Notes: a model not told the origin generated them from the sequence alone. 32,000 nt of DNA from Candidatus Saccharimonadota bacterium (GCA_002421785.1 DIRZ01000003.1:30001-62000), one strand, 5' to 3'; counted from the stretch's first letter, positions 16,458 through 26,307 are shown. Translations and numbers: made by a program.

Positions 16458-16528
16458 AAGTCTAGTATATAGCATGGTAGCTATAAGGCAACTAGTTTAT
16501 GCTTGTTTTACAAAATGAATTCTGGTAT

Positions 16529-17014
16529 TTATTCGCTCCAAGGGCGGCCGTACTTATCGGACTGTAGCAGTGCTTCGATGTCGTTGCGTATCTCGGTGAC
16601 GTCTTCGTCGTTGAGTGGGCTAAAATCGTCGTAGAAGCCTGTTTCACGGTGCGGTAGCTGGACGGCGTCGCCATATTTCTGAATCGTCGCTGTCGTAGCG
16701 CGGCCGTATATTTGCATATGGAGTGTGGGGCCTTCTGGTTTATACACGCCCCAGTTGCCCATGTCTTGATAGTTCACGATGCCAACGTCAACGCCACGGC
16801 GAGCCATCGCTGATTTGAGCGCTTCGCCAACGACCATCGAAAGCTTCTGGTACTCTATGGCCAGTTTTGGCGTCAGCTGTGTGCGATCCCTCAGTGCGTT
16901 TTTGGGAAACACATATACATGCCCACCCTCAGCGCGGTCGATGAAAGGGCGCGATGCCGCTTGAATGTAAAAGTTTTCTGTCTCGTAAATAGGTATCTGT
17001 GTTTTCATAGTCAT
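16529..17014 (-). CDS. HIT-like fold protein with a degenerate histidine triad
   Basis: GHVYVFPK and GIVNYQDMGNWG...LHMQIYGR align to the HIT pattern (GH.L.iPk ... H.H.H..pR), but the triad reads H-M-Q-I-Y. Alternative start at 17008. Confidence 0.4.
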   Translation of the reverse strand: MTMKTQIPIYETENFYIQAASRPFIDRAEGGHVYVFPKNALRDRTQLTPKLAIEYQKLSMVVGEALKSAMARRGVDVGIVNYQDMGNWGVYKPEGPTLHMQIYGRATTATIQKYGDAVQLPHRETGFYDDFSPLNDEDVTEIRNDIEALLQSDKYGRPWSE

Positions 17015-17074
17015 GTCTATAGCTTAGCATTTATTCTATATGGACGCCCGCGCAGTTGGTGCTACTATATTTAC

Positions 17075-17650
17075 ATGAAACATAATCAATACATGACTCG
17101 ATTATATGCAGTTATGACGTTCGGTTCTGCTGTAGGCTTGGTCGCATCGTTTATGCAAATGATGGACAAGCTGGCACTGCTCAAAGATAGCGGCGCGGTG
17201 CTTGCCTGCAATGTAAATAGCGCGCTCAGCTGCTCGAGTGTGCTTAATGCCCCGCAGGCCTCGGTACTGGGCCCGCCAAACGCACTCATTAGCACGGTCA
17301 TGTTCTGTTTCTTCCTTGCCATTGGGCTCGCCGGACTAACAGGTGGCGTTATTTCCAGGCGAATGCGATTTGTCACGCAGTCGCTGTCGTTGTTCACCTT
17401 GGCCTTCGGATTCTGGTTCCTGATGCAAAGCATCTTCGTGATACAGTCACTATGCATTTACTGCATATTTAACACGTTTGGGCTACTGCTAGTCAACGGC
17501 GCGTGGTTGCGGCTCAATTACACCGACATCAAACTGCACGCCAAAGTGAACGCGGCCATAAAGAACCTGGTCGCGAATGGGTTCGACATCTTAATCTGGC
17601 TAATTATCGCCATATTTATTATTGGTGCCGCGTTGTTTCAGTTTTTGTAA
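17075..17650 (+). CDS. Vitamin K epoxide reductase (VKOR) family membrane protein, no fused thioredoxin domain
   Basis: Loop Cys pair (ACNVNSALSCSSVLN), CIYC active-site motif in a TM helix, and 4-5 TM helices. Start moved to the ATG at 17075. Confidence 0.8.
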   Translation: MKHNQYMTRLYAVMTFGSAVGLVASFMQMMDKLALLKDSGAVLACNVNSALSCSSVLNAPQASVLGPPNALISTVMFCFFLAIGLAGLTGGVISRRMRFVTQSLSLFTLAFGFWFLMQSIFVIQSLCIYCIFNTFGLLLVNGAWLRLNYTDIKLHAKVNAAIKNLVANGFDILIWLIIAIFIIGAALFQFL

Positions 17651-17736
17651 TTTTCGCTTTCTTCGTTGCTTTAGCGCACCACGGTCTGGGCGCCAGCCGG
17701 AGCTGACGCGACCGTGATTCAACCCATTTGTCGGTG

Positions 17737-17765
17737 ATAAAAAATAGACCAGCAGATGCTGATCA
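17737..17765 (-). terminator. Rho-independent terminator after tRNA-Trp
   Basis: GATCAGC/GCTGGTC stem (one U-G pair, valid only on minus), then TATTTTTTA. Confidence 0.65.
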
Positions 17766-17773
17766 ATTTTTTA

Positions 17774-17848
17774 TGGCAGGGGCACGTGGAATCGAACCAC
17801 GGTCTAAGGTTTTGGAGACCTTTATACTAACCGCTGTACTATGCCCCT
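17774..17848 (-). tRNA. tRNA-Trp(CCA): tRNA-Trp (anticodon CCA), CCA end encoded
   Basis: Hand-folded cloverleaf. Acceptor AGGGGCA/TGCCCCT, anticodon loop CTCCAAA, T-loop TTCGATT, discriminator G. Confidence 0.93.
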
Positions 17849-17897
17849 ATATGTACCAGGGTATTATAGCAAATTATCCAAGGTGTTGCTACAGGAG

Positions 17898-18857
17898 TTA
17901 TTTGTCTTCTTCGAGTTTTACGCGGACCGCACGTTTGAAGTGCTTGTCGGCGACTTCATCAGCAAATCGTGGCATCGGTGGTAGCGCCAGCAGCTTGTCG
18001 GAGCCCGTCTTCCCGTCATCGAGGTCAATAACCGCTTCCACAAAGAACTTTTCGATAAGCCACTCGCGGCCTGGTGCGGTTTGGCCGACTACAGTAATGC
18101 GCCAACGGTTCTCGCCCCATTCTTCGGTTCGAATGATACGAAGAGGTTTTGCGAGCATAGTCTTGCCCTTGGGAATCGCTGCGATAATCTTTTTGATGGC
18201 TTTTTCGCCAACCTCTCTGTCGCGCACAAATATATCAACAGCGATGGTTCGTACACCCTTGGGCGTGACGTGGACTGCGGTGATGTTTTGGTTGTGTACC
18301 CAAATAACCTCGCCATTTAGTGCTCGTAGGCGGGTGCTGCGCAGCGTAAAGCGCTCAACGACGCCGGCAACTTCCATGAATGGCTCGATTTTTATAAAGT
18401 CGCCGATTTTGTACCACCCCTCAGTGATCATGACTGAGCCAGCGGTCAGGTCGCGCAAGATGATGCCGATTGTCTGCCCCGCCACGACGACAAATACTGT
18501 TCCGGCCCCGATGGCGGCAACGCTATTGGCAGAGGGGTTGTCGGAATACGGGCTAAGTAGTCGCCAGGCGTAGTACCCCACTATCGCTACAACGAGTGCA
18601 CGGACAACGGCTACAGCAATACTCAGGTATGTCTCGGTCTGGCGTAGTCGCATGACATGGAGGTCATCTGAAGCGTTGTCGCTGCGTACTGCAACGATTT
18701 GTGCGACACGTACAATGGCACGCGAGAGGAAGCGGCTGAGCCAATACGCCAGTATAAGCGAAAGAATGAGAATCATGACGGAGCGAAATGCATTCGGCGT
18801 TGTCGCTAGTTCAGATATATCATGAATAGAATTTTGTATCTGTGAATCTGTCGGCAT
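17898..18857 (-). CDS. Small-conductance mechanosensitive channel (MscS family)
   Basis: GDFIKIEPFMEVAGVVERFTLRSTRLRALNGEVIWVHNQNI beta-domain signature and 3 TM helices. Start moved to MPTDSQ at 18857. Confidence 0.85.
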   Translation of the reverse strand: MPTDSQIQNSIHDISELATTPNAFRSVMILILSLILAYWLSRFLSRAIVRVAQIVAVRSDNASDDLHVMRLRQTETYLSIAVAVVRALVVAIVGYYAWRLLSPYSDNPSANSVAAIGAGTVFVVVAGQTIGIILRDLTAGSVMITEGWYKIGDFIKIEPFMEVAGVVERFTLRSTRLRALNGEVIWVHNQNITAVHVTPKGVRTIAVDIFVRDREVGEKAIKKIIAAIPKGKTMLAKPLRIIRTEEWGENRWRITVVGQTAPGREWLIEKFFVEAVIDLDDGKTGSDKLLALPPMPRFADEVADKHFKRAVRVKLEEDK

Positions 18858-19011
18858 ATATATAAGTATAACAAATTTGCCTGTGGATAAGATAGTGTGA
18901 TAATTTTCACACGATTTTGTTGCCAAAAGCATAAGCGCGGGGCTATAATGGTTATGAAATGACCTATAACACCACAAGGAGACAGGCGGATACTTATTCG
19001 CGTGAGGTAAA

Positions 19012-20238
19012 ATGAACATACTAATGCTAGGGTGGGAGTTGCCGCCTCACAACAGTGGAGGCTTGGGTGTGGCGTGTTACCACATGTCGAAGGCTCTCGC
19101 TCTGCATGGTGCCAAAATCGATTTCGTTCTCCCCTACTCTGCTGAACATCCTGGCACCGAATATATGACTATTCATTCAGCCACGACGCTGAATCCTATC
19201 CACAAATTTGGGCTCCTTGGCGCTTACGACAGCAAGTCTGTTGATGAGCTTGACCTTGATAAAGTTGATATGAAGGACCTGCAAACAATGCGTGGCATGC
19301 AAAAACGCTATGTGCAGTTTGTTGAACGGCTTGTTCAAACCACCGGTACGCCCGATGCGATTCATGCACACGACTGGCTAACGATGGAAGCTGGCATGCG
19401 TGCCAAGCAGCTTACTAATGCGCCGCTCGTGGTTCACGTGCATGCTACCGAATTTGATCGCTCTGGGTCCGACCAGGGTAACCCGATTGTTCATGAAATC
19501 GAGTATCAGGGGCTGATGATGGCCGATCGCATTATCGCCGTCAGTAATATCACCAAAAGTATTATCGTTCACAAATACGGCATCCCTGCAGACAAAATCG
19601 AAGTCGTACATAACGCGATTGACGTCGCGACGATGGGCAATTACGAATATGACGGCCGCACGTACCGCTACCTGGAGGCGCTGAAGTCGGAAGGTTATCT
19701 GATTGTTTCGGCTGTGACCCGCTTTACAGTGCAAAAAGGGCTGACTAACTTGGTGCATGGTTTTGCAAAAGCATGTAGTCGCTACGATAAAATGTGTCTT
19801 CTGCTTGCTGGTGATGGCGAACAGCGCGACGAACTGATTCAGCTCGCCGCCGACCTGGGCGTGAGTGACCGGGTGTTCTTCACGGGGTTTGTTCGCGGTA
19901 AGCAGTGGCGTGACGCATACAACGTATCTGATGTTTTTGTGATGAGTAGTGTCAGCGAACCATTTGGCTTGACTGCTCTCGAGGCTGCGCATCACGATAC
20001 CGCGCTGATAATTAGCAAACAGTCTGGTGTAGGTGAAGTGCTTAATAGCATCTTCCGTTATGATTTCTGGGATGTCGATAAGTTAGCGGATCAGTTAGTG
20101 GGTATCGCAACCTCACCGGCGTTGAAGTCTTCGCTAAAAGAAGACATTAAGCAGGAATACGCACGCCTCAGCTGGAATGATGTCGCCCGTAAATGTATCG
20201 TTCTATATAACCGCATGAAGATAGGAGCAACTGCATGA
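19012..20238 (+). CDS. Glycogen-synthase-like glycosyltransferase (GT4/GT5, N-terminal GGLG motif)
   Basis: MNILMLGWELPPHNSGGLGVACYHM. GT-B C-terminal block (EPFGLTALEAA). GAGGT RBS. Stop overlaps the next start (ATGA). Confidence 0.8.
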   Translation: MNILMLGWELPPHNSGGLGVACYHMSKALALHGAKIDFVLPYSAEHPGTEYMTIHSATTLNPIHKFGLLGAYDSKSVDELDLDKVDMKDLQTMRGMQKRYVQFVERLVQTTGTPDAIHAHDWLTMEAGMRAKQLTNAPLVVHVHATEFDRSGSDQGNPIVHEIEYQGLMMADRIIAVSNITKSIIVHKYGIPADKIEVVHNAIDVATMGNYEYDGRTYRYLEALKSEGYLIVSAVTRFTVQKGLTNLVHGFAKACSRYDKMCLLLAGDGEQRDELIQLAADLGVSDRVFFTGFVRGKQWRDAYNVSDVFVMSSVSEPFGLTALEAAHHDTALIISKQSGVGEVLNSIFRYDFWDVDKLADQLVGIATSPALKSSLKEDIKQEYARLSWNDVARKCIVLYNRMKIGATA

Positions 20239-21455
20239 CGGGTCGCGGCATAGTCCTTTATCTACACGTACATCAACCATGGAGAGTCCGTGACTACACT
20301 GTGTTTGATACAGCCGAGAGCCACGACTACTTTAGTAGTACGACCGAAGTGCACCGCAACAACCGCACTATCTTCGAAAAAGTTGCAGATAAGTCATACC
20401 GCCCAATGAACGCAGTGCTCAAAAAGATGCTTGATAGTCATCCTGAGTTCAAGGTGTCTCTTAGTATTACTGGCACATTCATGGAGCAGGCCGAACAGTG
20501 GGCGCCAGATGTTATCGATAGCTTCCGCGAGCTGGTGCAGACTGGTCGCGTAGAAATCGTGAGCGAAACCTACTACCATAGCCTTGCGTTCTTCTACAGC
20601 CGCAGCGAGTTTGAGTATCAGGTCGAAGCGCACCGTAGCAAAGTACGCGATTTGTTCGGCGTCGAAACAACTGCCTTCCGCAACACAGAGCTTTCTTATA
20701 ACGATGAACTTGCTAAATGGGCAGACGGCTACGGCTACAAAGCAATTATTACCGAAGGCTGGGATCCCGTGCTCGGTTGGCGCAGTCCTAACTATGTGTA
20801 CAAGCCGGTCGGTACTGACAATATTAAGCTACTCATGAAAAATTACCGACTGAGTGACGACCTTGCCTTTAGGTTCAGCAACAAAGCCTGGGAACAGTAC
20901 CCGCTGAATGCAGATACGTATGATGACTGGGTGAACAGTAGCCTGGGCGATGAGGGCGAAATTGTAAACCTGTTCATGGACTACGAAACCTTTGGCGAAC
21001 ACCAATGGGCTGACACTGGTATCTTCGACTTCTTTGAAGCGTTTGTTGGTAAGTGGTTACAAAATGACGCCAACACATTCTATACCATCAGCCAAGCCGC
21101 CGACACATTCGAACCAGCAGATGACGTCAGCTCGCCGAACACTATTACTTGGGCAGACACCGAGCGTGATTTGACTGCCTGGCTTGGTAATAGTATGCAA
21201 CACGAAGCGATGCACCACCTGTATGCCCTGGAAGAAGACATCCTGCGTACTGGCGATACCGAACTGATTTCCGATTGGCGCAAGCTTACCACGAGCGACC
21301 ATGCTTACTATATGTGTACGAAATGGTTTACGGACGGCGATGTTCACGCGTACTTTAGTCCATACGATTCACCATATGATGCGTTTCTTTACTTCATGAA
21401 TGCACTCCGGGATGTTCGATTCCGCCTGATGCAACACCACCGTGGAGGGTGGTAG
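20235..21455 (+). CDS. Glycoside hydrolase family 57 (alpha-amylase / branching-type)
   Basis: LHVHQPWR, ETYYHSLAF and NLFMDYETFGEHQW blocks typical of GH57. Confidence 0.85.
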   Translation: MTGRGIVLYLHVHQPWRVRDYTVFDTAESHDYFSSTTEVHRNNRTIFEKVADKSYRPMNAVLKKMLDSHPEFKVSLSITGTFMEQAEQWAPDVIDSFRELVQTGRVEIVSETYYHSLAFFYSRSEFEYQVEAHRSKVRDLFGVETTAFRNTELSYNDELAKWADGYGYKAIITEGWDPVLGWRSPNYVYKPVGTDNIKLLMKNYRLSDDLAFRFSNKAWEQYPLNADTYDDWVNSSLGDEGEIVNLFMDYETFGEHQWADTGIFDFFEAFVGKWLQNDANTFYTISQAADTFEPADDVSSPNTITWADTERDLTAWLGNSMQHEAMHHLYALEEDILRTGDTELISDWRKLTTSDHAYYMCTKWFTDGDVHAYFSPYDSPYDAFLYFMNALRDVRFRLMQHHRGGW

Positions 21456-23401
21456 TGGCAAGACCGATAGTACTAAGCAACGGCGAACTGCATGTCGGCA
21501 TCAACAAGTTTGGTGAGGTGCACGACTTCTATTACCCCTACGTCGGTCTCGAGAATCACGCAGCCGGACAGTTGTTGCGCCACCGACTTGGTGTATGGGT
21601 TGACGGCACGGTTAACTGGCTCGATGGAGACGGCTGGGAGTTTGAGTTTAGCTACCCTCATGAGGCACTGATCGGGCATATTGTCGCGCGCAACACCCAT
21701 ATTGGAATATTGCTTGAATTTGACGACAGTGTTGATGCCGAGTTTAGCGCATTTATGCGTAATGTCCACGTTGTTAACCTGCGCGAAACGCAGCGGGATG
21801 TCCGAGTATTCTTCCATCAGGCATTTGTCATTGGCGATTCGCGCAGTAACACCGACACGGCGCAGTATTTGCCTGACGCAAACGGTATTTTACATTACCG
21901 CGGTCGTCGCGCATTTATCGTATCTGGCCAAACCGATGGCGGCGGTTGGTTTGATCAGTATACAGTGGGATTGTTTGGTATCGAGGGCTACGAAGGTAGT
22001 TATCGGGATGCTGACGACGGCGAACTCAGTTCAACTGCGGTTGAGCATGGTCGGGTTGATTCGGTGCTACGGTTTAAATTGGCGATGGAACCACACAGCT
22101 CGACCCGGCTTCACTACTGGGTAGCTTGCGGCACATCCACTCGCGAGGCACTATATATTCACAAGCAATTAACGACTCAGGGTCTCCACAAACGGCTAGA
22201 GCGGACTGTTAACTGGTGGTCGGAATGGCTTAAGCCAGCGACCGAGGTAGCAAATAAGCTGCATAAATCTCATCGCCACACGTTTTTGAAGAGTGTCATG
22301 CTCATTAAGTCGCACATTGATAAACGCGGTGCGGTAATCGCAAGCACAGACAGCTCCATGTTGAATTACTGGCGTGACGCCTATGCCTACTGTTGGCCGC
22401 GCGATGGCGCCTATGTGCTGTGGCCACTGATCCGCATGGGCTATAAGGACGAGCCGTATCGGTTCTTCGATTTCTGTCGCCGCGCGCTTACACCTGGCGG
22501 ATACTTGATGCACAAGTACCGTGCAGACGGTGCGCTGGGAAGTAGCTGGCACCCCTATCTTCACGAAGACGGTGTGGTAGCGCCACCTATCCAGGAAGAT
22601 GAAACGGCACTTGTGCTGTTTGTGTTTAGCCAGTTTTATCATACACACAAGGATGCGTCGCTTCTTAAGGAATTTTATGAGCCAATGGTTATGCCGATGG
22701 CGAATTTTTTGGCGAGTTACGTTGATAGTCGCACTGGTCTCCCTAAGCCTTCCTACGATTTATGGGAAGAAGTGTACATGACAACAACGTACACAACAGC
22801 TGTGGTTCATGCAGCATTACTTGCGGCGGCCGACCTAGCAGAAATACGCGAAGACAAAGACAGCGCGGTGCAGTGGCGTTCTGCTGCGAGCGATATACAT
22901 GAAGCGGCTGGTCGCCAGTTGTATAACACCGATCGAAAAGCGTTTTATAAAGGCATTACCGTGAGTCCAGACGGTGTGGTTACCAAAGACCCTACGGTTG
23001 ACTTGTCGAGTATCTTCGGCGCGTTTATGTTCGGCCTGTTCCCTGTTGCGAGCGATGAAACAAAATCGGCGATTGCAACTGCGTCGCAACTATTCGGGCT
23101 AAGTGAATCACAGCCCGCGTTACCGCGTTATGAAAATGATGACTATCGTCGCTCTCACGCGGAAATTCAGGGCAACTGGTGGCTCGTGACAACCCTATGG
23201 ATGGCGCAATACAACCTAGAAACTGGCGACACAAGAGCGGCTCAGGTAGCGCTTGATTGGGTACGCGATATTGCGTGGAGTACGGGTGTGATGCCCGAGC
23301 AGGTAGATCCGCTTACGAGGGAAGAGCCTTCGGTATCGCCACTTACCTGGAGCCAGGCAGAGTATGTATCAACCCTTTTAGACACAATTACGGACAAATA
23401 G
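21449..23401 (+). CDS. Glycoside hydrolase family 15 (glucoamylase / glucodextranase-like)
   Basis: CWPRDGAYVLWPL, DLWEEV and MPEQVDP catalytic-region motifs. GTG start at 21449, or GTG at 21455 five nt after GGAGGG. Confidence 0.85.
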   Translation: MVVARPIVLSNGELHVGINKFGEVHDFYYPYVGLENHAAGQLLRHRLGVWVDGTVNWLDGDGWEFEFSYPHEALIGHIVARNTHIGILLEFDDSVDAEFSAFMRNVHVVNLRETQRDVRVFFHQAFVIGDSRSNTDTAQYLPDANGILHYRGRRAFIVSGQTDGGGWFDQYTVGLFGIEGYEGSYRDADDGELSSTAVEHGRVDSVLRFKLAMEPHSSTRLHYWVACGTSTREALYIHKQLTTQGLHKRLERTVNWWSEWLKPATEVANKLHKSHRHTFLKSVMLIKSHIDKRGAVIASTDSSMLNYWRDAYAYCWPRDGAYVLWPLIRMGYKDEPYRFFDFCRRALTPGGYLMHKYRADGALGSSWHPYLHEDGVVAPPIQEDETALVLFVFSQFYHTHKDASLLKEFYEPMVMPMANFLASYVDSRTGLPKPSYDLWEEVYMTTTYTTAVVHAALLAAADLAEIREDKDSAVQWRSAASDIHEAAGRQLYNTDRKAFYKGITVSPDGVVTKDPTVDLSSIFGAFMFGLFPVASDETKSAIATASQLFGLSESQPALPRYENDDYRRSHAEIQGNWWLVTTLWMAQYNLETGDTRAAQVALDWVRDIAWSTGVMPEQVDPLTREEPSVSPLTWSQAEYVSTLLDTITDK

Positions 23402-23403
23402 TC

Positions 23404-24123
23404 ATGGGATCACGTGAACGAATCGTCCTTCGAACGAAACGCATTATGAGGCACATGACGCCATCGCACATCGTGAAGACGCGCATGACTCGCAGGTTGA
23501 TGCGCGATTTTGCCGACAAAGTGGGAATGGTGTCCTTTGGGTACGTTAGCCAGAACGATGACGAGCACCGGCTTGTGCGGGGTCATACGGTTTCGGCGAC
23601 CCACACTGACAATAATTACTCCATAGGCACTTTACGTGGGTATGATGTCATGATGGTCTCGCGTAATGACGTCATTACTACTCGACACCGTCAGCAGCAG
23701 CGATGCCATTGGTTGATTTGCGCCATCGATCTCCATACTCGAATTGACCTACCTCACTTGTACGTGGGGCATGCGGCGCGAGAGGAAGCGTTCCTTGCGT
23801 CATACGAGCGATTGCATCGACTGAATATGGGTATGTATGCAGCTTATCCCTCGCAGTTCCTTAGCGAATATGCGGTATATGGATTACCTGCGGACGGCAT
23901 TGAGATTGAACAAACGATTACTCCTGAAGTAGCGCTTGTAATCGCAACTCATTTTAGCGATGCGAGCATAGAAATCGAGAACAATACCATGTATCTATAT
24001 ATAGAAAGCCAGCACCCCACTGAGGTGCTGTTAGAGAAAATGCTTTCAAATGCGTTATGGCTCGCGGAATCAATCGATACTGCATATGCACCAGAGGCGC
24101 CGCAGAAAAGTGACGAAGCCTAG
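23404..24123 (+). CDS. Hypothetical protein (239 aa), last gene of the GT-GH57-GH15 transcription unit
   Basis: ATG 2 nt after the GH15 stop; the longer ORF version from 23257 overlaps GH15. No recognisable domain. Confidence 0.55.
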   Translation: MGSRERIVLRTKRIMRHMTPSHIVKTRMTRRLMRDFADKVGMVSFGYVSQNDDEHRLVRGHTVSATHTDNNYSIGTLRGYDVMMVSRNDVITTRHRQQQRCHWLICAIDLHTRIDLPHLYVGHAAREEAFLASYERLHRLNMGMYAAYPSQFLSEYAVYGLPADGIEIEQTITPEVALVIATHFSDASIEIENNTMYLYIESQHPTEVLLEKMLSNALWLAESIDTAYAPEAPQKSDEA

Positions 24124-24329
24124 CCTTTGCGGGGTTTGACTTCGTTGCGACCAAGAGACTTTTTGGTTTCGACGTACTTCGCGTGTTTGCGTGCTTTAGG
24201 GTCGTACTTCATAAGCTCCAGCTTATCTGGGGTGTTCATTGTGTTCTTGCGAGTAACGTAGGTACGGTGACCGGTTAGTTCGCTGACGAGTGCAATAATT
24301 TTGCGCTTAGTATTCGTTTTCTTTGCCAT
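24120..24329 (-). CDS. rpmG: 50S ribosomal protein L33 (Cys-less form with a basic C-terminal tail)
   Basis: [24 protein letters not shown] matches the L33 core. No CxxC pairs. AAAGGAAG RBS. Confidence 0.88.
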   Translation of the reverse strand: MAKKTNTKRKIIALVSELTGHRTYVTRKNTMNTPDKLELMKYDPKARKHAKYVETKKSLGRNEVKPRKG

Positions 24330-24400
24330 AAACTTCCTTTAACGGTTGATACTATAATTCAATGCTTTAGTTTAGCAGAATTTACGCTGTTTGACAAGGG

Positions 24401-24895
24401 TCAGCGATAATTTGTAAACGTAACAGCAAAGTCGAAGTCTGCTCCGCGCAGTGCTTGCATGACCGACTGTAGTTCGTCCTTGCTCGCGCTCGTGCAGCGG
24501 ACGGCTTCTCCCTGGATTTGTGTTTTTACTTTGGGGTGAGTTTCTTTGAGTAGCTTCGTAATCTTTTTGGCATTATCTTGGCTTAGCCCATCGCGGAATG
24601 GCACTTCTTTGGTGGCGTGGAAGTTGGCTTCGTTTACTTTACCCGTTTCATCGAGTACTTTTGTGCTTACTTCACGTTTTGCGAGTGTTTTTCGAACAAT
24701 GTCGACGAGCGCATCAATCTGCCATTCATTGCTCCCTGTTATCTTGAAGCCTTTTTTGTCAGCCATCCACTCTACTTGCGCGGGGGTTCCCTTGAAGTCG
24801 AATCGGTTTGCGATTTCGCGCTCAACCTGACCGAATACGTTATTCATTTCTGCTTTATCATAGGTGCTTTCAACGTCGAAACTGAATGTAGCCAT
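24401..24895 (-). CDS. yajQ: YajQ family nucleotide-binding protein (UPF0234)
   Basis: MATFSFDVESTYDKAEMNNVFGQVEREIANRFDFKGT matches the YajQ N-terminus. AGGAGG 5 nt upstream of this ATG. Confidence 0.88.
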   Translation of the reverse strand: MATFSFDVESTYDKAEMNNVFGQVEREIANRFDFKGTPAQVEWMADKKGFKITGSNEWQIDALVDIVRKTLAKREVSTKVLDETGKVNEANFHATKEVPFRDGLSQDNAKKITKLLKETHPKVKTQIQGEAVRCTSASKDELQSVMQALRGADFDFAVTFTNYR

Positions 24896-24976
24896 ATATC
24901 CTCCTGTTACTATTAACATTATACAGTGTATCTGTTAAAATATGCTAAGCGCAATTTAAGTGCGAATGGCAGTGTG

Positions 24977-25052
24977 CCGCGATAGCTCAGTTGGTAGAGC
25001 GCATCCATGGTAAGGATGAGGTCTCGGGTTCGACCCCCGATCGTGGCTCCAT
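24977..25052 (+). tRNA. tRNA-Thr(GGU): tRNA-Thr (anticodon GGT), CCA end encoded
   Basis: Acceptor GCCGCGA/TCGTGGC, anticodon loop ATGGTAA, T-arm TCGGG-TTCGACC-CCCGA. Confidence 0.93.
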
Positions 25053-25063
25053 TTTTGTAGGAT

Positions 25064-25744
25064 TTATTTTTTTAACAAATCGCCGATGGCCCTAATGCTG
25101 AGCGCGCCAGCACTATAGAACGACGGTAGGTCGTTTGCGCCCGTTTCAACTCCGAGAAAGTGGTACCCCGCATCGCGGGCGGCTTCATAATCACGTAAGC
25201 TGTCACCCATGTAGAGCACTTGCTGCGGGCTTACGTCGATTGTATCGAGCCAGCGATTAGTCGGGTCAAATACCCGAGGGTCAGGTTTGTGGAACTCGCT
25301 GTCGTCGCTCGTTTGAAAGTAGTCGAATAGCTCGAGCGGAATCCCTGTTGCGCTGAAATCGTGGTAAACATCGTTGCGTGGTGATCCTGTCACGACTCCT
25401 AGTGGATAGCCCGATGTTTTCAGCGCCCGAAGTACTTCGCTAGCGCCGGGCAGCGGCTGTTTGAGAAACTGACTACTGTAGGAAATAACGGTTTCGAACA
25501 CTGCTTGGTACCGTGCTTCATCATCTGCAGGTACCTGATACCATTTTTCAATGAGTTGGTGGAGTGGCTTGCCCCAGTCGCGCTTCATATCATCGGTGTT
25601 AAGTATAATGTCGAAGTGCTTGTTCGCAACGTAAACGTGCTGTCGTAATTTTGCTTCGATTGACCCTACGATAGTATCATCCCAGTCCAATACGACCACC
25701 CGGGCATTCTCCGGAATAAAGTGGTGGTTGAGTGTTTCTGCCAT
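25064..25744 (-). CDS. HAD-superfamily hydrolase
   Basis: VVVLDWDDTIV (DxDxT), GVVTGSPR and YMGDSLRDYEAARDAG motifs. GGAGG RBS. Confidence 0.85.
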   Translation of the reverse strand: MAETLNHHFIPENARVVVLDWDDTIVGSIEAKLRQHVYVANKHFDIILNTDDMKRDWGKPLHQLIEKWYQVPADDEARYQAVFETVISYSSQFLKQPLPGASEVLRALKTSGYPLGVVTGSPRNDVYHDFSATGIPLELFDYFQTSDDSEFHKPDPRVFDPTNRWLDTIDVSPQQVLYMGDSLRDYEAARDAGYHFLGVETGANDLPSFYSAGALSIRAIGDLLKK

Positions 25745-25848
25745 GGTTCCTCCAATCCACCCGTTTGTTGCCAGTGTAGACTATAGTACGTCTAGTGGCA
25801 AGCGAAGACGATGGCAAAGCGGCGCAGAACTGGTGTATACTGAATAGA

Positions 25849-26307
25849 ATGGTTCAACATGGTCAATATCCCGACGCTTACTACCGCGTATCGCTCAAGG
25901 CGGTTATTCGTAATGATAAGCACGAAGTCTTGTGCGTCAAAGAAAATGGCACCTGGTGGGAGCTACCGGGTGGCGGCATTGAGCATGGTGAGGACGTGCG
26001 AACGGCGCTCGCGCGTGAGCTGCAGGAAGAAATAGCCTACGCTGGTGATTTTACCTACGAGTACATTGATATTGTGACCCTGTACGATGCGCCTAACGAG
26101 CGGTGCATGATGCTGGTAGGCCTTGAGGTAACACTCCTTGATGAATACACTTTGGCTCACGGGGCTGATGTGAGTGATGCTCAGTGGATTGATCCTGCCA
26201 TGCTATCCGAGGAAGACGCACGCGCAAGTCGCTCCATAGTCAGGTTCGCGCACGATCCGGCACATGATGTCGCATTTGTACGCGAGTACGACGAAAAGCG
26301 GCCCTAA
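25849..26307 (+). CDS. NUDIX hydrolase
   Basis: Nudix box GGGIEHGEDVRTALARELQEEIAY. Start set at MVQHGQ (TATACT 7 nt upstream); the GTG at 25795 is possible. Confidence 0.85.
   Translation: MVQHGQYPDAYYRVSLKAVIRNDKHEVLCVKENGTWWELPGGGIEHGEDVRTALARELQEEIAYAGDFTYEYIDIVTLYDAPNERCMMLVGLEVTLLDEYTLAHGADVSDAQWIDPAMLSEEDARASRSIVRFAHDPAHDVAFVREYDEKRP

Noticed and set aside
17728-18573. 281-aa plus-strand ORF
   Set aside because: It overlaps tRNA-Trp and is antisense to the well-supported MscS gene. The sequence is low-complexity Ser/Arg-rich, typical of an antisense frame.
19378-19995. 205-aa minus-strand ORF
   Set aside because: It lies entirely antisense to the glycosyltransferase, which has clear family motifs. 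No RBS or promoter.
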